Assembly: GCA_016868755.1 (NCBI GenBank)
Contig: VGFU01000004.1
Location: forward strand, 21,110-85,109
Source: Bacteroidota bacterium
GTDB taxonomy: Bacteria; Bacteroidota; Bacteroidia; Flavobacteriales; Schleiferiaceae
Direction: 5' to 3'
Length of the DNA stretch: 64,000 nt
The notes under the pieces were generated by a model. The model saw only the letters and a program-made list of their open reading frames with translations. It was not told the origin of the DNA and did no database searches. Position 1 is the first letter of the stretch. Every line of letters begins with the position of its first letter. This document shows, one piece after another, positions 9,236-17,589 of this stretch. The translations under genes were made by a program, and so were the position numbers.

Positions 9236-10159
9236 CTAACGCTTTTTTAAACCGAGCGCCTTAAGGCTCAAGCTGGCCCAAGTTCGCAGGCGCGCGGTGG
9301 CACGAGCGGACCACGGAACCGGCAGCGCGTGGGGTCCGCGTGGGTGGTGAAAAAGGCCCGACATGTAGGTGGATCCCTGTTGAGCCGGCAGGCGCTCGGG
9401 GTATTCAAGCTGCCAATCGTCCGCCGGATAGCCCTGGGCCCTGAGGTATTCGTTAAAAACGGGTTGGTAAAACGCCACGTCTTCGTCGGTAAACCAACGA
9501 CGCCAATCGCTGTGTGCCTGGCTGCGGGCTACGTGCCTAAAGTTTCCCCGAACTTCGGTCGTGCGGGGCAGCGACACCCCCAGGTAGGCTTCTAATTCGG
9601 ACCAGTTGCCGTCGACGAGGTCCTCGTACCGCCAAATGAACCAACCTTCTGCCCTCAAGCGATCAAGGAAGGCCGAAAGTTCGTCGAGTTTTTGCTTTTG
9701 CTCAGCAGCGTGCGCGCGCAAGGCTTCGTCGCTGTCCGCGTGCAACCGGTGAAACGGTACCGACGCCGGGTCGGCCTCTTTGGCGCGGACCCGTTCCAGT
9801 GCCCGCGCAAATTCCTCGGGAACGGGCTGGTGAACATAAAACCAGCGGTAAAAGAAGCCAGAAATCCACCGGTCGCGCGGGTCTCGAACCAAAAAAATCT
9901 TGCGGTCGAAATGCGCAAATGCGGCAGCGGCGGCGTCGCCCGACCATCCGTGCATTTCGGGACTGCTGTATAAAATTTTGACGAGCGAAGCGTCTTCGTC
10001 GGGCCATACCATGCCGTCAAGCCGGTGAAATTGGCCGTTTTCGAGGCGGTTGGGTTCAAAAACTTCGCGAAGCGGACCCTTAGCGCGGAGCGCTTCCGAA
10101 AGCAACGAAAACCCATAAGTAGTGCCGCTTCGCGGCATTCCAAACAAAACGGTGCGCAT
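9236..10159 (-). CDS. sulfotransferase family protein
   Basis: 5'-PSB motif GMPRSGTT at the N-terminus and a 3'-PB-like motif LVRDPRDRWIS. Confidence 0.8.
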   Translation of the reverse strand: MRTVLFGMPRSGTTYGFSLLSEALRAKGPLREVFEPNRLENGQFHRLDGMVWPDEDASLVKILYSSPEMHGWSGDAAAAAFAHFDRKIFLVRDPRDRWISGFFYRWFYVHQPVPEEFARALERVRAKEADPASVPFHRLHADSDEALRAHAAEQKQKLDELSAFLDRLRAEGWFIWRYEDLVDGNWSELEAYLGVSLPRTTEVRGNFRHVARSQAHSDWRRWFTDEDVAFYQPVFNEYLRAQGYPADDWQLEYPERLPAQQGSTYMSGLFHHPRGPHALPVPWSARATARLRTWASLSLKALGLKKR

Positions 10160-10176
10160 GGGGGCTGAAGGTACAT

Positions 10177-10184
10177 TAAGTTTG
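10177..10184 (+). promoter_or_regulatory. -7 box TAAGTTTG, 4 nt before ATG 10189
   Basis: Exact TAnnTTTG match inside the 29-nt divergent intergenic region. Confidence 0.45.
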
Positions 10185-10188
10185 GGGG

Positions 10189-11253
10189 ATGCGCGAACGA
10201 CCTCCTTTAGTCACCGTGGCGGTACCCAACTACCGTCATGAACGCTACCTCAAGGAGCGCCTGGAAAGCATTGCCCAACAGAGCTTTACCGACGTCGAAG
10301 TACTCCTGCTCGACGACGCCTCGCCCGACCATTCGCTCGAAATTTTGACGGAATTCGCCGCCGGACGCCCCGGCTGGTCCGTGCATTCCAACGACCAAAA
10401 TTCCGGTAGTCCCTTTGCCCAATGGAACAAAGCAGCGGCGATGGCGCGCGGAACCTACCTGTGGATTGCCGAAAGCGACGACGTGGCCGACCCCCGATTG
10501 CTTGAGACGTTGGTCGGACTAATGGAGTCTGATTCGGGGCTTGCGATCGCCTACTCCCAGTCAATGCTCATCGACGAAGGCAGTGCGCCTCTGCACACGT
10601 TTGATGTGCACTACCGCTACGTTTTTGGCACCGAAGCGGTGCGCTGGGAGCACGGCTACCGCAACGACGGCATCGACGAAATCCGGCGTTTTATGCTGCT
10701 GCACAACGTGGTTCCCAACGCCTCGGGGGCGCTGCTGCGGCTGTCCACGTTCCGCGAAGCTGGCGGAGCGGACCCCCATTGGAAGCTCAACGGCGACTGG
10801 ATGACCTACCTAAAAATGCTGGAGCTCGGCGGCATCGCTTTTGCCCCCAACGTGCTGAACTACTTTCGGGTTCATCCGCACACGGCCCGCCAAAAAGCCA
10901 ACGAAACCGGCGAGGTGTATCAGGAACTCCTAGCTCTCGTGGACTACATTTCGGAGCATCACCGACCCGAACCCGTTCGTCGCGCCAGGGCCTACCGCAA
11001 CGTCGCCGCGTGGTGGACGCACTCGCTCTACCGCCAAGATTGGAGCGCGTCGCATCGAGCGACCAACCTGCGCGTCAACGCGGCACTGCTTCGGCGGTTT
11101 TTGAAACTTCACCCGCTCGTGCTGCTGCACATACCGTACGAGGGCGCTGTTCGCCTTGCGGTGCGGACCCTTGAACTCCTGGGACTCAAGGAACCCCTTC
11201 GCCGGGTGCTGCACCGGGCCTTTCCAAGCCACTTTATGCCCCGTGCGACATGA
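10189..11253 (+). CDS. glycosyltransferase family 2
   Basis: VTVAVPNYRHERYLKERLESIAQQSFTDVEVLLLDDASPD is a GT2 (GT-A) signature. An ESDD motif is also present. Confidence 0.85.
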   Translation: MRERPPLVTVAVPNYRHERYLKERLESIAQQSFTDVEVLLLDDASPDHSLEILTEFAAGRPGWSVHSNDQNSGSPFAQWNKAAAMARGTYLWIAESDDVADPRLLETLVGLMESDSGLAIAYSQSMLIDEGSAPLHTFDVHYRYVFGTEAVRWEHGYRNDGIDEIRRFMLLHNVVPNASGALLRLSTFREAGGADPHWKLNGDWMTYLKMLELGGIAFAPNVLNYFRVHPHTARQKANETGEVYQELLALVDYISEHHRPEPVRRARAYRNVAAWWTHSLYRQDWSASHRATNLRVNAALLRRFLKLHPLVLLHIPYEGAVRLAVRTLELLGLKEPLRRVLHRAFPSHFMPRAT

Positions 11254-12095
11254 ACATTAGCGTGATCATTCCTTGCTACGCCTCGGAGTCAACGCTGCGC
11301 GAGGCCGTGGTAAGCGCCTCGGCCGCTCACGAAGTGCTGGTGGTCGACGACGCCTCTCCGGGCGGTTGCGCCGAGCTCGTCGCCTCATGGAACTGGCCCA
11401 ACGTTCGGGTGATCACGCATTCCGAAAACCTGGGACTCGGCGCCGCGCGAAATACCGGGGTGCGCGAAGCAACCGGTGATTGGGTCGCCTTTCTCGATGC
11501 CGATGACTGCTTCGAGCAAACCTGGCACGAACATCTGCAGGTAGCGCTCGCGGCGCACGCCGAATCCGCGTGGCTGTACCACCCGGTGCGGGAATGGGAC
11601 GGAACGCGGCTCGGACGCATTCGACTGGGCGACCACCCTACCCAAATCAGCGACTGGGTGCTCAAGCGGCCCGCCGTGGCTCCAAGCGCGTGCACGTTGC
11701 GGGTGGACCTGGCGCGCAGCCACCCGTTTGACACCGCCCGTAGCCTTCAAGGCACCGAAGACCTCGAACTCTGGGTGCGGCTGTGGGCAGAAGGGCTGCG
11801 TCCCGTTCGCTGGACCGACGAAGCCTTCACCCGCTACCGAATCGGTTTTGGCATGTCGGCCGAACTGGATTCCCACAGCACCAAGATTCGCCTGCGCTGG
11901 GCCCAATTTGTACAGCGCGGATGGCTTCCTGAAGCCGTTCTCCTCGCGGCCGAGCGCGAACTTCTGCGGCAAAAAGCGCGGAGCCTCCACAAAGCTGGGC
12001 GGTTTTTTGAAGCACAAAAGGCCTACCGCATGGCAGGCCTTTCGGTTCAAAATGTGCTGTTGGCCGCAATGGCCGCCGCGCGGGTCCGCCTCTAG
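11250..12095 (+). CDS. glycosyltransferase family 2
   Basis: ISVIIPCY...VVDDASPGG...GLGAARNTG...FLDADD. ATGA overlap with the upstream GT2. Confidence 0.8.
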   Translation: MNISVIIPCYASESTLREAVVSASAAHEVLVVDDASPGGCAELVASWNWPNVRVITHSENLGLGAARNTGVREATGDWVAFLDADDCFEQTWHEHLQVALAAHAESAWLYHPVREWDGTRLGRIRLGDHPTQISDWVLKRPAVAPSACTLRVDLARSHPFDTARSLQGTEDLELWVRLWAEGLRPVRWTDEAFTRYRIGFGMSAELDSHSTKIRLRWAQFVQRGWLPEAVLLAAERELLRQKARSLHKAGRFFEAQKAYRMAGLSVQNVLLAAMAAARVRL

Positions 12096-13318
12096 AGTCG
12101 GGCGCGAAGTTCCGCGTCCAGGGCATCCAAGAACTCCTCGGTGTAGAGGTAGTGCGTGCCGTGCTCTACGCGGTTGCCGTGAATGCACACCGCTAAATCC
12201 TTAGTCATGCGGCCGCTCTCGACCACATCGATGCACACCTGCTCCAGGGTTTCGCAGAAGCGAATCAACTCGGCGTTGCCGTCGAGCTTTCCCCGGTGCG
12301 CAAGTCCGCGCGTCCAGGCAAAAATGGACGCAATCGGATTCGTGCTGGTCGGTTTGCCCTGCTGGTGCTGGCGGTAGTGGCGCGTCACGGTTCCGTGGGC
12401 CGCCTCTGCCTCCATGGTTTGTCCGTCGGGCGTAATCAGCACCGACGTCATCAAGCCCAACGATCCAAAGCCCTGAGCGACTGTATCTGACTGAACGTCG
12501 CCGTCGTAGTTCTTGCAGGCCCACACAAAAGAACCTTCCCATTTAAGGGCTGATGCCACCATGTCGTCGATCAGGCGGTGCTCGTAGGTAATGCCTGCGG
12601 CCTCGTACTTGGCTTTGAATTCAGCCTGGTAGATTTCTTCAAAAACGTCTTTAAACCGGCCGTCGTACTTCTTCAGAATGGTGTTTTTGGTACTGAGGTA
12701 CAGCGGCCACTTTTTGTCGAGCGCCATGTTGAAGCAGCTCCGTGCAAAGCCCGCAATTGACTCGTCGGTGTTGTACATGCTCAGCGCCACTCCGTCGCCT
12801 TTGAAGTTGTAGACCTCCCAGGTTTGGGGCTCGCTACCGTCTTCAGGGGTGAAGGTCATCGTGAGCGTTCCCTTGCCCTTCACCGTGGTGTCGGTGGCGC
12901 GGTATTGGTCGCCAAACGCGTGGCGTCCAATGACAATGGGCTTGTTCCAGGTTGTGACCAGGCGCGGAATATTTGCCATTACAATCGGCTCGCGGAACAC
13001 CGTTCCGTCTAAGATGTTGCGGATGGTGCCGTTGGGCGACTTCCACATCTGCTTGAGGTTGAACTCTTTTACGCGCTGTTCGTCGGGCGTAATCGTGGCG
13101 CACTTAATGCCCACGTGGTACTTCTTAATCGCCTCTGCCGCATCAACCGTCACTTGGTCGTTGGTGGCGTCGCGGTGCTCCATGCCCAAGTCGTAGTACT
13201 TGATGTCGAGGTCGACGTACGGAAGAATCAGCTTGTTTTTGATAAACGTCCAAATGATTCGGGTCATTTCATCGCCGTCCAACTCGACGACGGGGTTCGC
13301 AACAGGTATCTTTTGCAT
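12092..13318 (-). CDS. icd: NADP-dependent isocitrate dehydrogenase (eukaryote-like type)
   Basis: 408 aa. N-terminus reads [15 protein letters not shown]...[15 protein letters not shown]. Also [28 protein letters not shown]. Confidence 0.95.
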   Translation of the reverse strand: MQKIPVANPVVELDGDEMTRIIWTFIKNKLILPYVDLDIKYYDLGMEHRDATNDQVTVDAAEAIKKYHVGIKCATITPDEQRVKEFNLKQMWKSPNGTIRNILDGTVFREPIVMANIPRLVTTWNKPIVIGRHAFGDQYRATDTTVKGKGTLTMTFTPEDGSEPQTWEVYNFKGDGVALSMYNTDESIAGFARSCFNMALDKKWPLYLSTKNTILKKYDGRFKDVFEEIYQAEFKAKYEAAGITYEHRLIDDMVASALKWEGSFVWACKNYDGDVQSDTVAQGFGSLGLMTSVLITPDGQTMEAEAAHGTVTRHYRQHQQGKPTSTNPIASIFAWTRGLAHRGKLDGNAELIRFCETLEQVCIDVVESGRMTKDLAVCIHGNRVEHGTHYLYTEEFLDALDAELRARL

Positions 13319-13326
13319 ATGGATTG

Positions 13327-13334
13327 CAAAAGTA
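13327..13334 (-). promoter_or_regulatory. -7 box TACTTTTG, 8 nt before icd ATG
   Basis: Exact TAnnTTTG match on the minus strand in the 33-nt gap after the dnaX stop. Confidence 0.45.
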
Positions 13335-13351
13335 CCGAAGAAAGCGCAGGA

Positions 13352-15223
13352 TTATTCGATATCTAGCTGAAATTCTCTTCGAAATTCGTCTAAATGTGGA
13401 TTTTTTTCTAACAAAAAGGCATACCGCTCATCAGGCGTGTACACGAGGCGTGCATTAACCGCTCCCTCCTGCACTTCCGTGCGAATTTTTAGCGAATCGT
13501 TGTGCAGCGCTTGCCGCAAAAACGGCAGAATGCGGTCGCGCACTGAATTCAGGTATCCTTCTTGAAGATCGTTTTCTAGGCTCACGCGAACGCCGTTATC
13601 ATCCTCGAGGACCGGCTTGACTTGCTGAACAATGGCCTTGATTACCGGAACTTCATCCAGCGTCGCGGCGGACTCGAGCCACGCCGTCTCGAGCGCCGCC
13701 TGCGTAACGGGGCGCAACCGACGCTCCACCAGGGTTGAGACCTCGGCAACCGAATCATCCGGTTCTTGGCCCAGCTGCTCCAGGGGTGCTCCTACGGCAA
13801 TCGGTGCCGGCGACGGAGACTCCAGGTCTTTGAGCGAAAAGGCCGTTCGGCGCACCCGGACCACCGGATTCACGACCGGCACCGTTTCGGGCGACGGAGC
13901 CAACGGCACTTCGACCGGCTCGTCGAGGACCGGATCAGGCCCGATGGGCTCAGACATTTGGGGCAGCGACGCTGCGGGCTCCACCGGAGCGAGCTCGATG
14001 GGCTCAGACTCTTGAAGAAACGACGCTGCGGGCTCCACCGGAACGGCCATCGGAGCAGGCGCTGGAACGGCTGCTTCCGAGGGCGCGGGCGATGACGGTT
14101 GGGGTCGCTTCGCCGGAGCCTCGAGCTCGGCTACGCGTTCGCTAGTGGGATTTTTTTTTTCGTCGACGGACTCGTCGGAAATCAAGTCAAGCAGCGCCAC
14201 CTCGACGTGCCATCGGGCATTGCTTGCGGCTCGGTACCCCGCATCGGCGGCCACAAGGCGCTTTAAGGCGGTCGCCGCGCGTCCTGCACTCACGCGCGAT
14301 GCCGAATCGAGGATGCCGCGCTTCACCGAATCGGGAGCGTCAAGCAACGCCACGGTGCTGGGGTGGTGCGCCAAAAGCAGTTCGCGCACGTACCCGGCAA
14401 AGCCCATCAGAAAGCGCTGAAGATCAAACCCTTGATCGAGGACGTTGTGCACCGCCGTGAGCACCGAGGCGCGGTCCCCTGCTTCGATAGACTCCCAAAG
14501 CTGTACAAAAAGGGCCCGATCGACCAGCTGAAGGTTTTGGCGAACGAGTTCGTAGGTCAAGGTTCCGCCTTGGGCAAATGCTGCAATGCGGTCAAAAATG
14601 GACAGGGAATCGCGAAGCGAACCGTCGGCCTTCTCTGCAATCGCATGCAGGGCCTGAGGGTCCGCTGTGAGCCCTTCTTGCTGGGCTACCCAGGCCAAAT
14701 GCTCGGCGATGTCGCCGATTCCGATGCGCTTGAAATCAAAAATCTGGCAGCGCGAAAGAATGGTGGGCAGTACTTTGTGCTTCTCGGTCGTCGCTAAAAT
14801 GAACACGGCGTGGGCGGGCGGCTCTTCGAGGGTCTTCAAAAAGGCATTGAAGGCCGCTTGCGAAAGCATGTGCACCTCATCAATGATGTACACTTTGTAG
14901 GTGCCCATCTGCGGCGCAAAACGCACCTGGTCAATGAGCTGGCGAATGTCGTCAACCGTGTTGTTGGAGGCCGCGTCCAGTTCAAAAATGTTGAGGCTGT
15001 AGTCAAGACCTTCGCCCGTGTGCACCTCGTTGATTCGCCGGGCCAAAATGCGGGCACAGGTCGTTTTGCCTACTCCGCGCGGACCAGTGAAGAGCAATGC
15101 CTGCGCCAGGCGACCGCTGACGACTTCGTGCTCCAGCGTCTCGGTTACGTGGGCCTGACCGACCACCGAGGCAAAGGCCGCGGGCCGGTATTTACGGGCT
15201 GAAACGAGGTACTGCTGATCCAT
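13352..15223 (-). CDS. dnaX: DNA polymerase III subunit tau (and possibly gamma)
   Basis: MDQQYLVSARKYRP.. then GPRGVGKTT (Walker A), IIDEVHML and TILSRCQ. Long Pro/Ala/Glu-rich linker. The track start 15238 is TTG; ATG 15223 is preferred. Confidence 0.9.
   Translation of the reverse strand: MDQQYLVSARKYRPAAFASVVGQAHVTETLEHEVVSGRLAQALLFTGPRGVGKTTCARILARRINEVHTGEGLDYSLNIFELDAASNNTVDDIRQLIDQVRFAPQMGTYKVYIIDEVHMLSQAAFNAFLKTLEEPPAHAVFILATTEKHKVLPTILSRCQIFDFKRIGIGDIAEHLAWVAQQEGLTADPQALHAIAEKADGSLRDSLSIFDRIAAFAQGGTLTYELVRQNLQLVDRALFVQLWESIEAGDRASVLTAVHNVLDQGFDLQRFLMGFAGYVRELLLAHHPSTVALLDAPDSVKRGILDSASRVSAGRAATALKRLVAADAGYRAASNARWHVEVALLDLISDESVDEKKNPTSERVAELEAPAKRPQPSSPAPSEAAVPAPAPMAVPVEPAASFLQESEPIELAPVEPAASLPQMSEPIGPDPVLDEPVEVPLAPSPETVPVVNPVVRVRRTAFSLKDLESPSPAPIAVGAPLEQLGQEPDDSVAEVSTLVERRLRPVTQAALETAWLESAATLDEVPVIKAIVQQVKPVLEDDNGVRVSLENDLQEGYLNSVRDRILPFLRQALHNDSLKIRTEVQEGAVNARLVYTPDERYAFLLEKNPHLDEFRREFQLDIE
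13943..14050 (-). repeat. imperfect 54-nt (18-codon) tandem duplication in the dnaX linker
   Basis: gatgggctcagac...cgacgctgcgggctccaccgga occurs twice with a 54-nt period. It encodes VEPAAS(F/L)(L/P)Q(E/M)SEPI twice. Confidence 0.6.
14151..14160 (-). other. A10 homopolymer in dnaX coding strand (candidate slippage site)
   Basis: T10 on the plus strand. The coding strand reads GAA AAA AAA AAT CCC ACT AGC. Stop codons follow closely in the -1 and +1 frames (see findings). Confidence 0.45.
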
Positions 15224-15247
15224 ATGGCGTGAATGCAAACCTACACC

Positions 15248-15874
15248 TTAGTTGCCGATTGGCCACAGCCACGAAAGGGCAAAAAAACAGGCTTGCGCGA
15301 GGAGCACCGGCCGAGCGAGGGGGTTGCGAAGCGGAGCCGTTCCGAGCAACCACTGCGCGGCAAAGGCGACCACCGCCCACGACGCGTAGTTCTGCCAGGG
15401 CGCGACTCCGCCGGCAAAGAGCCACAGCCGGTGTGCGTGGGCGACCGGCTCCATTAGCACGTCGAGGGACAGCATCAGACCGCTAGCTAAAAGGGCGCGC
15501 TGCAGTCGCGTTCCGTCGACCAAAAACTGGGAGGCAAACGATCCGGTCGCCAAGCTCAGCAAGGCCCAATTCAGGCCGATGAGCCACGGGGTTTCCATGA
15601 CCTTGGGACCGAGGCCTTCGAGGTAAACGTAGGCCCCAAACGGAAGGCCCGTGTTGACCCCAAGGATTTCCACAGCGAGTCCTAAGGCAAAAATGGCGAG
15701 GAGCGAGGCTTTAAGCCGCTCCGAGCGGTCCGAGTAGAAAAACAGCAGGCCAAAAGTGAGCAGTAGGTGGACCGGGGTGAGCAAGATCATCCAGTCAGCC
15801 CAAGGGCTGCGTAGCCCAATGGCGCCTACCAAATGGGTGACCACGACAACGAGGAGTGCAGTGCGGTGCGGCAT
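15248..15874 (-). CDS. integral membrane protein, carotenoid-biosynthesis-protein/DUF422-like
   Basis: Polytopic membrane protein. GVNTGLPFGAYVY and LIGLNWALL are reminiscent of the Caroten_synth family, recalled from memory. Internal ATG chosen because TACCTTTG lies 4 nt upstream of it. Confidence 0.5.
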   Translation of the reverse strand: MPHRTALLVVVVTHLVGAIGLRSPWADWMILLTPVHLLLTFGLLFFYSDRSERLKASLLAIFALGLAVEILGVNTGLPFGAYVYLEGLGPKVMETPWLIGLNWALLSLATGSFASQFLVDGTRLQRALLASGLMLSLDVLMEPVAHAHRLWLFAGGVAPWQNYASWAVVAFAAQWLLGTAPLRNPLARPVLLAQACFFALSWLWPIGN

Positions 15875-15878
15875 GCTC

Positions 15879-15886
15879 CAAAGGTA
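15879..15886 (-). promoter_or_regulatory. -7 box TACCTTTG, 4 nt before ATG 15874
   Basis: Exact TAnnTTTG match on the minus strand. Confidence 0.45.
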
Positions 15887-15923
15887 GGATTGAACCCTGC
15901 ACCGGAATCCGCGTTGACGTAGT

Positions 15924-16397
15924 ATGTGGACCGAACGCCGAATGCTTGCCGTAGTGGCCGCCCTTTGCACGGCCGTCGTGGGTCTCGCTGTAGCTACCTA
16001 CCAGGCGCCTCCCGTCGACCTCAGCTACCGCAACAACCTGCAAGAGAACCGCTTGCTGTACTTTACTAACATACGAAGCATCAACTACACCCGCACCGAG
16101 TACGGGGAAGGCATACTCCGCTACACCCCCGAAGACCAAACGACCGATCGGGGTGGCTTTGTGATCCGAATAAACCGCCACAGCGCCGAGGCGAACATTG
16201 TTTGGCAGCGCGGAACGGCCGCCGAACGCCTCGTCGAGCGCCCCGACTCGCTCGGCCTATGGGATCCCGATACGGCCCAGCTACCTACGCATTGGAACAT
16301 GGCCCTGCGGCAACTTCGGCGGCAGCGGCGGCCCGACCGGGTGCTGTCAGATTATTTTGAGCTTATTGGCATCTTCCCAGAACACTTAAAGAACTGA
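15924..16397 (+). CDS. hypothetical membrane-anchored protein
   Basis: 157-aa ORF with one N-terminal hydrophobic helix. No recognisable motif. Confidence 0.45.
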   Translation: MWTERRMLAVVAALCTAVVGLAVATYQAPPVDLSYRNNLQENRLLYFTNIRSINYTRTEYGEGILRYTPEDQTTDRGGFVIRINRHSAEANIVWQRGTAAERLVERPDSLGLWDPDTAQLPTHWNMALRQLRRQRRPDRVLSDYFELIGIFPEHLKN

Positions 16398-16405
16398 TTT
16401 TTTTG

Positions 16406-16413
16406 TATCTTTG
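16406..16413 (+). promoter_or_regulatory. -7 box TATCTTTG for the rpsF operon (23 nt before ATG)
   Basis: Exact TAnnTTTG match in the intergenic region. Confidence 0.45.
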
Positions 16414-16436
16414 CGCCCCTTAAAAGGAAATTTCTA

Positions 16437-16772
16437 ATGAAACAATACGAAACCGTTTTCATCCTAAATCCCGTCTTATCTGATGATCAGATAAGGGAAA
16501 CGGTGGATAAATACACCAGCAGCATTAAAGCCGCCGGTGGTTCCATCATCAACGTAGAGCGTTGGGGCCTGCGAAAGCTTGCCTACCCCATCGACAAGAA
16601 GAAGTCTGGATTCTACAACTTAGTAGAGTTCACGGCCCCTTCTACCCTGATTGCCACTCTTGAAGTGGATATGAAGCGCGACGAGCGCATTCTTCGCTTT
16701 TTGACGGTAGCTCTTGACCAGCACGGTGTTGAGTACGCGTCAAAGCGCCGTGAAAAGGTTAAAAACGCTTAA
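16437..16772 (+). CDS. rpsF: 30S ribosomal protein S6
   Basis: [18 protein letters not shown]...[10 protein letters not shown]. Confidence 0.95.
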   Translation: MKQYETVFILNPVLSDDQIRETVDKYTSSIKAAGGSIINVERWGLRKLAYPIDKKKSGFYNLVEFTAPSTLIATLEVDMKRDERILRFLTVALDQHGVEYASKRREKVKNA

Positions 16773-16775
16773 GAC

Positions 16776-17063
16776 ATGAGCACGAATTTAGAACCCACCG
16801 GCACCAGCGAAATTCGCTACCTGCAGCCGATCGCCATTGATTCTTCGGTATCAAAGAAGTACTGCCGATTCAAGAAGTACGGCATTAAGCACATCGACTA
16901 CAAGGATCCCGACTACCTCCTTCGCTTTGTGAACGAGCAGGGAAAAATCCTTCCCCGTCGCCTTACGGGAACTTCGTTGAAGTACCAGCGCAAATTGGCT
17001 CAAGCCATCAAGCGCGCCCGTCACCTCGCCCTCATGCCCTACGTAGCTGATAACCTTAAATAA
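16776..17063 (+). CDS. rpsR: 30S ribosomal protein S18
   Basis: [57 protein letters not shown]. Confidence 0.95.
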   Translation: MSTNLEPTGTSEIRYLQPIAIDSSVSKKYCRFKKYGIKHIDYKDPDYLLRFVNEQGKILPRRLTGTSLKYQRKLAQAIKRARHLALMPYVADNLK

Positions 17064-17072
17064 GCGGACGCC

Positions 17073-17525
17073 ATGGAAGTTATTCTCAAGCAAGACGTTG
17101 AAAACCTAGGTTTCAAGGACGACGTGGTATCAGTGAAGAACGGCTACGGTCGCAACTACCTGATCCCGCAAGGATTTGCCATTCTCGCTACCGAGTCGGC
17201 AAAAAAAGTTTTGGCCGAAGACCTTCGCCAGCGCGCCCACAAGGAAGCGAAGATGGTCGATGCCGCAACGAAGACTTCTGAAGCTCTGCGCCGTGTAGAG
17301 TTGAAGATCGAAGCTAAGGCAGGCGCTGGTGGCAAGCTTTTCGGAGCCGTTACCAACCTAGACGTCGCCGAAGAATTGGCGAAGTTGGGTCACCAAATCG
17401 ACAAGAAGTACATCCAAATTGCCGGTGGTTCGATCAAGGTATCGGGCAAAAACAGCGCGAAAGTTCGCCTGCACCGCGACGTTGTGGTGGACTTCCATTT
17501 CGAAGTAGTACCCGTAGAAGCCTAA
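17073..17525 (+). CDS. rplI: 50S ribosomal protein L9
   Basis: MEVILKQDVENLGFKDDVVSVKNGYGRNYLIPQGFA. Confidence 0.95.
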   Translation: MEVILKQDVENLGFKDDVVSVKNGYGRNYLIPQGFAILATESAKKVLAEDLRQRAHKEAKMVDAATKTSEALRRVELKIEAKAGAGGKLFGAVTNLDVAEELAKLGHQIDKKYIQIAGGSIKVSGKNSAKVRLHRDVVVDFHFEVVPVEA

Positions 17526-17546
17526 ACGATTGATTCGTTGAACGCG

Positions 17547-17581
17547 AAGCACCCCGCCTCACCGCGGGGTGCTTTATTTTT
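17547..17581 (+). terminator. rho-independent terminator after rplI
   Basis: 11-bp stem AAGCACCCCGC / GCGGGGTGCTT with a 6-nt loop, followed by TTTATTTTT. Confidence 0.7.
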
Positions 17582-17589
17582 ATACCCCT

